The notes: generated from the letters alone by a model not told the origin. A DNA stretch of 64,000 nucleotides from Flavobacterium sp. (GCA_031373195.1 JANMML010000014.1:26456-90455); one strand, 5' to 3'; shown: positions 1-7,963, counted from the first letter of the stretch. Made by a program: numbers and translations.

Positions 1-278
1 TTGCAAACACTACTTTTCAACCTTTATCGAATGTTGGTTTCGAGGATAAGAAATTGTTTTCTTTGTATCCAAATCCAACTAGTTCTAAAGTAAATATCAC
101 CAGCACTGATCAGGTTCAGATTTTACAATTGCTTGATATGCAAGGAAGAGTACTCCAAACACAAACAGTAAACGAAAAACAAGCGACCATTGATTTAACA
201 GGAAAAGCAAAAGGAATCTATTTCTTAAAAGTTTCAACTGTAAAAGGAACAGCAATAGAGAAAATAGTAAAGGAATAA
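1..278 (+). CDS. 3' end of a secreted protein carrying a T9SS type-A C-terminal sorting domain (5' end lies outside the window)
   Basis: The frame is open from base 3 back to the window edge. The tail LYPNPTSSKVNI...GIYFLKVSTVKGTAIEKIVKE is typical of Por/T9SS C-terminal domains. Confidence 0.8.
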   Translation, partial: ANTTFQPLSNVGFEDKKLFSLYPNPTSSKVNITSTDQVQILQLLDMQGRVLQTQTVNEKQATIDLTGKAKGIYFLKVSTVKGTAIEKIVKE

Positions 279-295
279 ATCACTTGAAATAATGT

Positions 296-337
296 AAAAA
301 ACCCTTTCTGAGTTTAGCTTTTGAAAGGGTTTTTTAT
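296..337 (+). terminator. Rho-independent terminator
   Basis: An 8-bp stem ACCCTTTC/GAAAGGGT (301-308 with 323-330) is flanked by an A-run and a T-run. It lies 18 nt after the stop codon. Confidence 0.7.
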
Positions 338-396
338 TTATAAAATTATTAACAATTTCATTGTAAAATTCATTTTTTAATTCACTTCGATTTCCC

Positions 397-404
397 TAGT
401 TTTG
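397..404 (+). promoter_or_regulatory. Candidate Bacteroidota -7 promoter box (TAGTTTTG) for gltA
   Basis: Matches the TAnnTTTG consensus and sits 39 nt upstream of the gltA ATG. Confidence 0.45.
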
Positions 405-443
405 TTAAATTATTATTTTTAAGAAAAAATTCCCTTTTATATT

Positions 444-1727
444 ATGTCAAAGACAGCCATTTTAGAACTAGACGGAAAGAAGTATGAGTTTCCTGTGATT
501 GTAGGAAGTGAAAACGAAGTAGGAATCGATATCAATAAATTACGCGATTTGACTGGTGCCATTACGATGGACCCAGGGTACAAAAACTCTGGTTCTTGCA
601 CGAGCGAAATTACATTCCTCGATGGTGAAGAAGGAATTCTTCGCTACCGTGGTTATGCTATCGAGGACTTAGCCGACAAAGCAGATTTTCTAGAAGTAGC
701 GTATTTGGTCATTTTTGGGGAATTGCCTACGAAAACTGAATTGGCACTATTCGAAACGGATATTCGTAAATATACTTTGGTCAATGAGGAAATGAAAAAC
801 ATCATTGATGGGTTTCCTAAGACTGCCCATCCGATGGGAGTTTTGTCTGCATTGACTAGTGCTTTAACTGCTTTTAACCCAAAAGTAGTTAATGTCGAAA
901 ACGACAAAGAAATGTACGAAGCGGTGTGCAAAACCATGGGTAAATTCTTGGTTATTGCTACGTGGACCTACAGAAAGATGATGGGTTTCCCGCTTAATTA
1001 CTATAATAACGAAAGAGGTTACGTAGAGAACTTTATGCATTTGATGTTCGAATTACCAACGGGTCCTTACAAAGCAAACCCAGTGGTGATTGATGCTTTA
1101 GATAAATTATTTATTCTTCACGCCGATCACGAACAAAACTGTTCTACGTCGACCGTAAGAATGGTGGGTTCTTCACATGCTGGATTATTCGCGTCTATTT
1201 CTGCTGGTGTCTCAGCACTTTGGGGACCATTACACGGTGGCGCCAATCAAGCGGTGCTGGAAATGCTAGAAGAAATTCACAAGAACGGTGGTGACGCCGA
1301 CAAATACATGGCGAAAGCCAAAGACAAAGAAGATCCATTCCGATTGATGGGATTCGGACATCGAGTATACAAAAACTTCGATCCAAGAGCGCGCATTATT
1401 AAAAAAGCGGCCGATGAGGTGTTGAATACTTTAGGAGTGGATGATCCAATTTTGGAAATTGCTAAAAAATTAGAAGCCGCCGCTTTGGTAGATGATTATT
1501 TCGTGTCGAGAAAATTATATCCAAATGTCGATTTCTATTCGGGAATTATTTATCGGGCACTTGGAATTCCAACCGATATGTTTACCGTGATGTTCGCCAT
1601 CGGACGTTTGCCAGGATGGATTGCCCAATGGAAAGAAATGCGCGTCAACAAAGAGCCAATTGGAAGACCACGACAAGTATATGTTGGGCAACCGTTGCGG
1701 GATTTTACGCCTATGAGTAAAAGATAG
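444..1727 (+). CDS. gltA: Citrate synthase
   Basis: 427 aa with full-length resemblance to type II citrate synthases. Motifs seen: GFGHRVYKNFDPRA and HADHEQNCSTS. Confidence 0.97.
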   Translation: MSKTAILELDGKKYEFPVIVGSENEVGIDINKLRDLTGAITMDPGYKNSGSCTSEITFLDGEEGILRYRGYAIEDLADKADFLEVAYLVIFGELPTKTELALFETDIRKYTLVNEEMKNIIDGFPKTAHPMGVLSALTSALTAFNPKVVNVENDKEMYEAVCKTMGKFLVIATWTYRKMMGFPLNYYNNERGYVENFMHLMFELPTGPYKANPVVIDALDKLFILHADHEQNCSTSTVRMVGSSHAGLFASISAGVSALWGPLHGGANQAVLEMLEEIHKNGGDADKYMAKAKDKEDPFRLMGFGHRVYKNFDPRARIIKKAADEVLNTLGVDDPILEIAKKLEAAALVDDYFVSRKLYPNVDFYSGIIYRALGIPTDMFTVMFAIGRLPGWIAQWKEMRVNKEPIGRPRQVYVGQPLRDFTPMSKR

Positions 1728-1748
1728 TTGTAAATGTAATTGAGATAG

Positions 1749-1775
1749 AAGCCTCCTTTATGGGGGCTTTTTTAT
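1749..1775 (+). terminator. Rho-independent terminator after gltA
   Basis: Stem AAGCCTCC/GGGGGCTT (8 bp including one G-U pair), loop TTTAT, followed by TTTTTAT. Confidence 0.65.
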
Positions 1776-1862
1776 GGAATTGTTATTTTGACCGGATTAT
1801 TTTTAGAATACTTTATTAATCAACCCGCTTTCTATATCTTTGTTTCCAATCAAAGCAAATTT

Positions 1863-2777
1863 ATGTTACCAATTCATGTTACGAATGAATCATCCAGACT
1901 GAGAGCAGTCGTTCTGGGTTCAGCCCTTAGCAATGGCCCTACGCCAACCGCAGAAGAAGCCTACGATCCGAAATCTTTAGAACATATTTTATCCGGGACA
2001 TATCCCACAGAAGAAGATATGATTGCCGAAATGGAAGGCTTCAACCAAGTGTTTCAAAAATATGACGTCAAAGTCTATCGCCCGGAAATGATTGAAAATT
2101 ATAATCAAATTTTTACGCGTGATATTGGTTTTGTGATTGAAGATACGTTTATCAAAGCCAATATTCTTCCAGATCGCGAGCGAGAATTGGATGCCATTCA
2201 ATACATCATCGATCAAATCAATCCCCAAAAAGTAGTGCGTCCGCCAGCCGACGTGCACATAGAAGGTGGCGATGTCATCTTATGGAATGACTACATTTTC
2301 ATCGGAACTTACAAAGGAAGCGACTATAAAGATTACATCACAGCACGCACCAATATGGAAGGCGTGAACTATATCAAACAATTATTTCCAAATAAAATCG
2401 TCAAGGAATTCGACTTGGTCAAATCAAAAATCGAAGCCAGAGACAACGCCTTGCATTTAGATTGCTGCTTTCAGCCAGTGGGGACCAATAAAGGAATTAT
2501 ATACAAAAGTGGTTTTCGCGAAGAATCAGATTATATGTATTTAGTGAACCTTTTCGGAAAAGAGAATTTATTTCACATTACTAGAGATGAGATGTACGAA
2601 ATGAATTCAAATGTCTTTTCAATTGCGCCAGACGTGGTGGTTTCTGAGAAAAGCTTTACCAGATTAAATTCTTGGTTGCGTGACAACGGATTTACCGTCG
2701 AAGAAATCTCGTATGGAGAAATTGCCAAACAAGAAGGACTGTTAAGATGCTCGACTTTGCCTTTGATTAGGGATTAG
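1863..2777 (+). CDS. Amidinotransferase / dimethylarginine dimethylaminohydrolase-fold protein
   Basis: Shows guanidino-group-modifying enzyme fold signatures (NALHLDCCFQPVG, C-terminal GLLRCSTLPL with a catalytic-type Cys). I chose the ATG at 1863 (MLPIHVTNE) because the ORF-track start at 1788 sits only 13 nt past the gltA terminator. Confidence 0.7.
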   Translation: MLPIHVTNESSRLRAVVLGSALSNGPTPTAEEAYDPKSLEHILSGTYPTEEDMIAEMEGFNQVFQKYDVKVYRPEMIENYNQIFTRDIGFVIEDTFIKANILPDRERELDAIQYIIDQINPQKVVRPPADVHIEGGDVILWNDYIFIGTYKGSDYKDYITARTNMEGVNYIKQLFPNKIVKEFDLVKSKIEARDNALHLDCCFQPVGTNKGIIYKSGFREESDYMYLVNLFGKENLFHITRDEMYEMNSNVFSIAPDVVVSEKSFTRLNSWLRDNGFTVEEISYGEIAKQEGLLRCSTLPLIRD

Positions 2778-2780
2778 TAT

Positions 2781-2807
2781 TGTTGTAGGTTGTAAGTTGT
2801 AAGTTGT
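2781..2807. repeat. Short heptamer array (AGGTTGT, AAGTTGT x2 plus a partial unit), the inverted complement of the 3228-3416 array
   Basis: Read directly. The reverse complement is ACAACTT ACAACTT ACAACCT ACAAC. It starts 4 nt after the stop codon of the upstream CDS. Confidence 0.85.
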
Positions 2808-2854
2808 GTGTTTTGATGTAGAGTGAATAAAATATAAGCCAAAAAAAGTAAGTT

Positions 2855-3223
2855 ATGAGCAGTTATAAGGATTTAGAGATTTATACTTTGGGACTAGAGT
2901 TGTTTTATAAAGCACACTTTGCCTCTTTAAAACTACCAAAACACGAAATGTATGAACTTGGGAGTCAGCTACGAAGATCAGCGGATTCTGTTCCAACAAA
3001 TATAGTAGAAGGTTATGGGAGAAAACGATATAAAGCAGATTTTATTAAATTTCTAACGTACTCCTATGCAAGTTGTCTTGAAGCTGTATTCCATTTACAA
3101 AAAATTACAACATTATACCCAACTATAATTGAAAATGAACAAGAATTCATTGACAAGTACAATGAGTTGAGTGCCAAAATTTATAATTTTACTAAATACG
3201 TCGAACAAAACTGGAAATCCTAA
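2855..3223 (+). CDS. Four-helix-bundle protein (23S rRNA intervening-sequence protein family)
   Basis: 122 aa with motifs typical of this family: DLEIY....L....Y, RRSADSVPTNIVEGYGR and F..FL.YSYAS..E. Confidence 0.85.
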   Translation: MSSYKDLEIYTLGLELFYKAHFASLKLPKHEMYELGSQLRRSADSVPTNIVEGYGRKRYKADFIKFLTYSYASCLEAVFHLQKITTLYPTIIENEQEFIDKYNELSAKIYNFTKYVEQNWKS

Positions 3224-3227
3224 CTTT

Positions 3228-3416
3228 ACAACTTACAACTTACAACTTACAACTTACAACTTACAACTTACAACTTACAACTTACAACTTACAACTTACA
3301 ACTTACAACTTACAACTTATAACTTACAACTTACAACCTACAACCTACAACCTACAACCTACAACCTACAACCTACAACCTACAACCTACAACGCACAAC
3401 ATACAACCCACAACTT
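3228..3416. repeat. 27-unit heptanucleotide tandem array: 15 x ACAACTT (one variant ATAACTT), 8 x ACAACCT, 4 degenerate units
   Basis: Counted directly. Blocks are 3228-3332, 3333-3388 and 3389-3416. The array ends 7 nt before the ctlX ATG. Confidence 0.95.
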
Positions 3417-3423
3417 CCAAAAC

Positions 3424-4359
3424 ATGAAACAAACCACCAATTCCATTCTAATGATTCGCCCAGTGGCGTTTCGAATGAACGAGCAAACTGCCGTCAATAA
3501 CTATTACCAAAAAGTGTTAGATGGATTGTCGTCTGAAACTGTCAATGCCAAAGCGCAAGAAGAATTTGATGCTTTTGTCAACAAATTACGCATGGTTGGT
3601 GTAGACGTTATTGTGGTAGAAGACACCAAAACGCCCGACACACCAGACTCAATTTTCCCAAACAATTGGATTTCATTTCACGAAAATGGAGATGTAGCAC
3701 TCTATCCGATGTTTGCCGAAAACCGCCGTCACGAAAGACGCGAAGATGTCCTAGATGTTTTGGAAGACCAAGGTTTTGTTATCAATAATATCATGGATTA
3801 TACTTCTGCCGAGGATGATGGTTATTTTCTAGAAGGTACGGGAAGTATTCTCTTAGATCGCCAAAATGATAAAGCGTATTGCGCCTTGTCGCCGCGCGCG
3901 GATGAGGAATTGTTCATCGAATTCTGCGAAGATTTTGAATATACGCCAGTCATTTTTGAAGCGTTTCAAACAGTCAATGGCGAGCGAAAACTCATCTACC
4001 ACACCAACGTCATGATGTGTTTAGGAGAAACCTTTGCTGTAATTTGCGCCGACTGCATCGACGACAAAAAAGAGCGCAAAATGGTATTGGATAGTTTGCG
4101 CGGCGACGAAAAAGAAGTAATCCTCATAACAGAAGACCAAGTCAATAATTTCGCAGGTAATATGTTGGAAGTGACCGGTTCGGATGACCGCAGATATTTG
4201 GTGATGAGCAAATCGGCACACCAAAGTTTGACTAAAAAACAAATTGCCCAAATTGAAGAACATGTCACCATCTTAAGCTCGAGTCTCGACACGATTGAAG
4301 CTTGTGGCGGCGGAAGCGCACGCTGCATGATGGCGGAAGTTTTTCTTCCGAAAAACTAA
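3424..4359 (+). CDS. ctlX: Citrulline utilization hydrolase CtlX-like / arginine deiminase-related amidinotransferase-fold protein
   Basis: 311 aa. The N-terminus SILMIRPVAFRMNEQTAVNNYYQ and the C-terminal catalytic Cys context GGGSARCMMAEVF fit this family. Confidence 0.75.
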   Translation: MKQTTNSILMIRPVAFRMNEQTAVNNYYQKVLDGLSSETVNAKAQEEFDAFVNKLRMVGVDVIVVEDTKTPDTPDSIFPNNWISFHENGDVALYPMFAENRRHERREDVLDVLEDQGFVINNIMDYTSAEDDGYFLEGTGSILLDRQNDKAYCALSPRADEELFIEFCEDFEYTPVIFEAFQTVNGERKLIYHTNVMMCLGETFAVICADCIDDKKERKMVLDSLRGDEKEVILITEDQVNNFAGNMLEVTGSDDRRYLVMSKSAHQSLTKKQIAQIEEHVTILSSSLDTIEACGGGSARCMMAEVFLPKN

Positions 4360-4370
4360 ATTCCAAAAAT

Positions 4371-4416
4371 AAAATTCCAAATTCCAATGGTTCAATTTGG
4401 AATTTGGAATTTTTTT
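4371..4416. terminator. Bidirectional intrinsic terminator between convergent genes
   Basis: A perfect 17-bp stem (4371-4387 AAAATTCCAAATTCCAA with 4397-4413), a 9-nt loop, and T-runs on both strands. Confidence 0.8.
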
Positions 4417-4428
4417 ATTGGAATTTTA

Positions 4429-5055
4429 CTACTTCAGTTTATCAAAAACATATCCCGCTTTCGTCGCGCCCCAAACTTGCTTTCCGTCTTTATCAAATCC
4501 TTGATCCCAAGACAATATTTGCGTTGGTGTAATCGTCACTTTTGACGAGGCATAACTTGCACCTCGCAATTCACTTGGACAAGTTTTTTCTCCCGTACTT
4601 CCCGCGAATTTGTTTTTTTCGATGCGATGCAAAACCACACCGCAACCTTGTTTGAGCTCGATGTCGTTTTCGGTAAGTGCATCAAAAGCTTCCGGAGTAG
4701 CCCATTTACCTATCCATTCTTTTTCGTTTTTCAGGGTGTGAATTTCACTGATAAATTCGTTTTCACCACGTTGTGAAACTTTGTAAATACGAACACGGTA
4801 TGGCTTGTCTTGTTTCTTGAATAACGCTTGCTCCACATACAAATAGTGGCCTTTATTTTTCCAAATGGGAACCATCCGCAAGGAAATATTAAAGTAACTC
4901 GTGTCTTTCACCGATTGTTTTTCCGAAGAATACGTTCCTTGCATGATAGCAACCAATTTATTCAAATGGGCTTCACTTTTAGAAGCTACATTTTGGCCCG
5001 ATTTACAACTTGTGATTGCTATTCCAAGTAACGCAAAGAGGAATAATTTTTTCAT
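4429..5055 (-). CDS. Lipoprotein of the CpcT/CpeT (DUF1001) family
   Basis: Lipobox MKKLFLFALLGIAITSC at the ATG at 5055. Blocks resembling cyanobacterial CpcT: YVEQA....PYRVRIYKV, GCGVV and SWDQGFD..GKQVWGA..G.YVF. Confidence 0.65.
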   Translation of the reverse strand: MKKLFLFALLGIAITSCKSGQNVASKSEAHLNKLVAIMQGTYSSEKQSVKDTSYFNISLRMVPIWKNKGHYLYVEQALFKKQDKPYRVRIYKVSQRGENEFISEIHTLKNEKEWIGKWATPEAFDALTENDIELKQGCGVVLHRIEKNKFAGSTGEKTCPSELRGASYASSKVTITPTQILSWDQGFDKDGKQVWGATKAGYVFDKLK

Positions 5056-5183
5056 AAAGAAGGATGATTTTTTTGGTGTTGTTGAAAGCAGTAAAGATAA
5101 AAATTCAATAAACACAACTGTTAGTTTGCTGTTAAAACTTCGCTGGTCATTAGACCGCACTTCATTTTTTGTACTTTTGCTTT

Positions 5184-5549
5184 ATGAAAAATAAGAAAAC
5201 CTTGGTTTTGGGCGCTTCCACAAAACCAGATCGGTATGCTTTCAAAGCGATAGAAATGCTCGTTGATAAAGGCCATTCCGTATTGGCAATTGGTCAAAAT
5301 GTTGGAGAAGTCGCTGGAATCAAAATTCAAACCAAAGCGATTCCACTAAAAAACATCGATACGGTGACTCTTTACCTCAATGCGTTGCGCCAACGTGATT
5401 ATTACAATTACATCATCGAGACAAAACCGAAACGGGTGATCTTTAATCCGGGAACGGAAAATCCGGAGTTATATCAGCTGCTGAAAGCCAATGGAATTGA
5501 AGTAGAAGTAGCGTGTACTTTAGTTTTACTAACTACCAATCAATATTAA
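5184..5549 (+). CDS. CoA-binding domain protein (YccU-like)
   Basis: About 121 aa. Contains KTLVLGASTKPDRYAFKAI and a Rossmann-like CoA-binding pattern. I used the ATG at 5184. Confidence 0.75.
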   Translation: MKNKKTLVLGASTKPDRYAFKAIEMLVDKGHSVLAIGQNVGEVAGIKIQTKAIPLKNIDTVTLYLNALRQRDYYNYIIETKPKRVIFNPGTENPELYQLLKANGIEVEVACTLVLLTTNQY

Positions 5550-5555
5550 TTTTTA

Positions 5556-5632
5556 GGAGCTGTTCCTGCTGTACGTTATATCTTTTGTGTCGAACGCCGC
5601 CACAAAAGGATGCCACTACCATCAGGGCTAGA
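5556..5632. repeat. Intergenic repeat element, copy A (second copy at 46052-46155)
   Basis: Shares the conserved ends GAGCTrTTCCyGCTrTrCG...ATCTTTT and AAAAGGATrCCrCTrCyATCrGGGCTA with copy B. The central hairpin is 5582-5589 with 5601-5608. Confidence 0.6.
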
Positions 5633-5646
5633 GTTTTCGTACAGAT

Positions 5647-7149
5647 TTAGAAATTTGTTTGTGAAGTGGCTGGTTTACTTATTAGTAACAATCCCAAGAA
5701 AGTCAGCAAGCCGTTGATGATGATGAGTTCATTATCGATCACATAATCTCCCAAAAGCGCGGCCGAATTTTTACTGATTAAAAAGCAAATCGCTGGTGAA
5801 AATACGCATACAAAAGGTACCCATTTGTCCTTCACGGTTTTCGATTTCATAAACAACCCAAAGGCATACAATCCTAGCAACGGTCCGTACGTGTAGGAGG
5901 CGATTTTAAAAATCATACTCACTACCGACGCATCATTTATCGCATTGAAAATTATAATGACAATAAACATCAAAAATGAAAACGCGATGTGCACACCATG
6001 TCTTGTTCGAACAATATTGGGTTTGTTGGCGTTCTCGGCTTTATCCATGCCGAGAAAATCTACGCAAAAAGAAGTAGTCAATGCGGTTAAGGCGCTATCG
6101 GTTGTGGCAAATGTTGCTGCAGTTAGTCCAAGTAAAAAAACTACCGCTGGGAAAATAGTCAAATGGTGAAATGCGATTTCTGGGAATAGTAAATCAGTTC
6201 GCGGTTTACCTGTAATTAAATCGATAGGAATTTCAATATGATTTTGACTCGCGTAAATGTAAAGTAAAGCACCAACACTTAAAAAGAAGATATTAATCAA
6301 GACAAAAATTCCGGTAAAAGTGTACATGTTTTTTTGCGCATCTTCAATGTGCGCGCAACTTAGGTTTTTCTGCATCAAATCCTGGTCTAAGCCCACCATG
6401 GCGATGGTGACGAAGATTCCGCCTAGAATTTGTTTGATAAAATAGGATCCTTTCAAATAGTCTTCATAGAAAAATATCTTCGAATAATTGCTGTTTTTGA
6501 CTTTTTCAAAAGCTTCAAAAAATGACAAATCTAAACTGCTGCAAATGAAAAATATGGTTAAGAAAACGGAGGAAACCAAAAAGAAAGTTTGCAAAGTATC
6601 GGTGATGATAATCGTTTTGAGTCCACCACGATAGGTATAAGCAAAAATCAACGCCAACGAAATGAGCACGGTCAGCGCAAACGGAATGTGATAAAAATCA
6701 AAAACATAGCGTTGTAAAACGATGACTACCAAATACAATCGAAAAGACGAGCCAATGGTTCTGCTTAAAAGGAAAATAAAAGCAGCAGTTTTGTAGCTTA
6801 CTGTTCCTAGTCGCTGTTCGATGTAACTGTAAATCGAAGTCAAATTCATCCGATAATACAACGGCAGCAGCACTTTAGCGATAATTAAAAACCCAATCGC
6901 ATTTCCCAATACAAACTGAAAATATTTAAATTGATTTTCGGGATTGCCCACTTCGCCGGGAACCGATATAAAAGTAACGCCCGACAGCGCCGTTCCGATC
7001 ATTCCAAACGCGACTAAATACCATTTCGAATTTTTATTGGCTTTAAAAAAAGCCTCATTGTCGCTATTTTTTTTGCTCGTATAATGCGATATGATAAAAA
7101 GCATCCCAAAGTAAACGACGATGAGTGATAGAATGGCAAATGGAGTCAT
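5647..7149 (-). CDS. Sodium:solute symporter family (SSF) transporter
   Basis: 500 aa polytopic membrane protein with an SSF-like N-terminal pattern (GMIGTALSGVTFISVPG). Confidence 0.85.
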   Translation of the reverse strand: MTPFAILSLIVVYFGMLFIISHYTSKKNSDNEAFFKANKNSKWYLVAFGMIGTALSGVTFISVPGEVGNPENQFKYFQFVLGNAIGFLIIAKVLLPLYYRMNLTSIYSYIEQRLGTVSYKTAAFIFLLSRTIGSSFRLYLVVIVLQRYVFDFYHIPFALTVLISLALIFAYTYRGGLKTIIITDTLQTFFLVSSVFLTIFFICSSLDLSFFEAFEKVKNSNYSKIFFYEDYLKGSYFIKQILGGIFVTIAMVGLDQDLMQKNLSCAHIEDAQKNMYTFTGIFVLINIFFLSVGALLYIYASQNHIEIPIDLITGKPRTDLLFPEIAFHHLTIFPAVVFLLGLTAATFATTDSALTALTTSFCVDFLGMDKAENANKPNIVRTRHGVHIAFSFLMFIVIIIFNAINDASVVSMIFKIASYTYGPLLGLYAFGLFMKSKTVKDKWVPFVCVFSPAICFLISKNSAALLGDYVIDNELIIINGLLTFLGLLLISKPATSQTNF

Positions 7150-7190
7150 AGTTATAATTTTACGATGCCAAAATACAATTTTTTGTTGAA

Positions 7191-7286
7191 TCGTTTAATT
7201 GTTTAACCGTTTAACTGTTTATTCGTTTAACCGATTACACGATTAAACAAATCCACGATTAACCAAATCCACGATTAAACAATTTG
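7191..7286. repeat. 8-bp-phased repeat tract: 5 x nnGTTTAA, then alternating ACGATTAA / mCAAATCC units
   Basis: Read directly as 12 consecutive octamers. It lies in the divergent SSF/recR intergenic region. Confidence 0.6.
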
Positions 7287-7300
7287 CTATCTTTACGCCC

Positions 7301-7921
7301 ATGGAATTTTCTTCAAAATTATTAGAGAAAGCAGTCAACGAAATGGCGCAATTGCCAGGAATTGGTAAGCGCACAGCTTTGCGATTGGTACTGCATTTAT
7401 TAAAACAACCCAAAGACAAAACACGATTCTTGAGCGAAGCATTAACAAACATGCGCGAAGAAGTGAGGTTTTGCAGGAGTTGTCACAATATTTCTGATGT
7501 AGAATTATGTGAAATCTGTGCAAATACAAATCGAAATCACAAAATCATCTGTGTTGTTGAAGATATTCGCGACGTTATGGCTATCGAAAACACACAACAA
7601 TTCAAAGGAATTTATCATGTGTTGGGCGGTAAAATTTCCCCTATTGATGGCGTTGGACCAAGTCAATTAAATATCAATACTTTGATTGATAAAGTTAAAA
7701 CGGGAATGATTGACGAATTAATTTTTGCATTAAGTTCAACAATGGAAGGTGATACGACTAATTTTTTTATCTACAAACAAATCAAAGATTACAATGTAAT
7801 ATGCTCAACAATTGCACGAGGAATAGCAGTTGGTGACGAATTGGAATATGCGGATGAGGTTACTTTGGGGCGAAGTATTTTGCAACGAATTCCGTTAGAA
7901 ATTTCTTTCAAAAACAATTAA
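7301..7921 (+). CDS. recR: Recombination protein RecR
   Basis: 206 aa. Shows the HhH motif [12 protein letters not shown], a Cys4 zinc finger (CRSCHN...CEIC) and a Toprim domain. Confidence 0.95.
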   Translation: MEFSSKLLEKAVNEMAQLPGIGKRTALRLVLHLLKQPKDKTRFLSEALTNMREEVRFCRSCHNISDVELCEICANTNRNHKIICVVEDIRDVMAIENTQQFKGIYHVLGGKISPIDGVGPSQLNINTLIDKVKTGMIDELIFALSSTMEGDTTNFFIYKQIKDYNVICSTIARGIAVGDELEYADEVTLGRSILQRIPLEISFKNN

Positions 7922-7963
7922 ATAATTTGTTGCGCTGTTTTTTTGATATTCTAAATGAAAAAC

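Noticed and set aside
653-937. Numerous 60-140-aa antisense or out-of-frame ORFs nested in large genes (for example 653-937, 3996-4328, 10334-10753, 22986-23381, 44256-44651)
   Set aside because: All are fully embedded in strongly supported CDSs, have low-complexity or atypical composition, and lack their own promoter boxes. They are typical shadow ORFs of AT-rich genomes.
1788-1862. N-terminal extensions in the ORF track (1788, 5160 minus strand, 5169, 7955, 16167, 17270, 29692)
   Set aside because: The extensions use TTG or upstream codons. They crowd the upstream terminator or contain a -7 promoter box (1788, 5169, 7955), or add non-conserved residues ahead of canonical N-termini such as a lipobox, GGAGFIGSH or ARPQFIK. 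Internal ATGs were preferred.
3228-3416. Possible CRISPR array
   Set aside because: The units are 7 bp and contiguous with no spacers. No cas genes are in the window. It is a microsatellite, not a CRISPR array.
3171-3500. 109-aa ORF translating to TTYNLQL repeats
   Set aside because: It is simply the heptamer DNA array read in frame (7 bp x 3 = a 7-aa period). It overlaps the end of the four-helix-bundle gene and the start of ctlX, so it is not a credible protein.
7243-7452. 69-aa minus-strand ORF across the octamer repeat tract and the recR 5' end
   Set aside because: It overlaps the well-supported recR CDS in antisense, and its N-terminal part is repeat-derived. It has no recognisable features.
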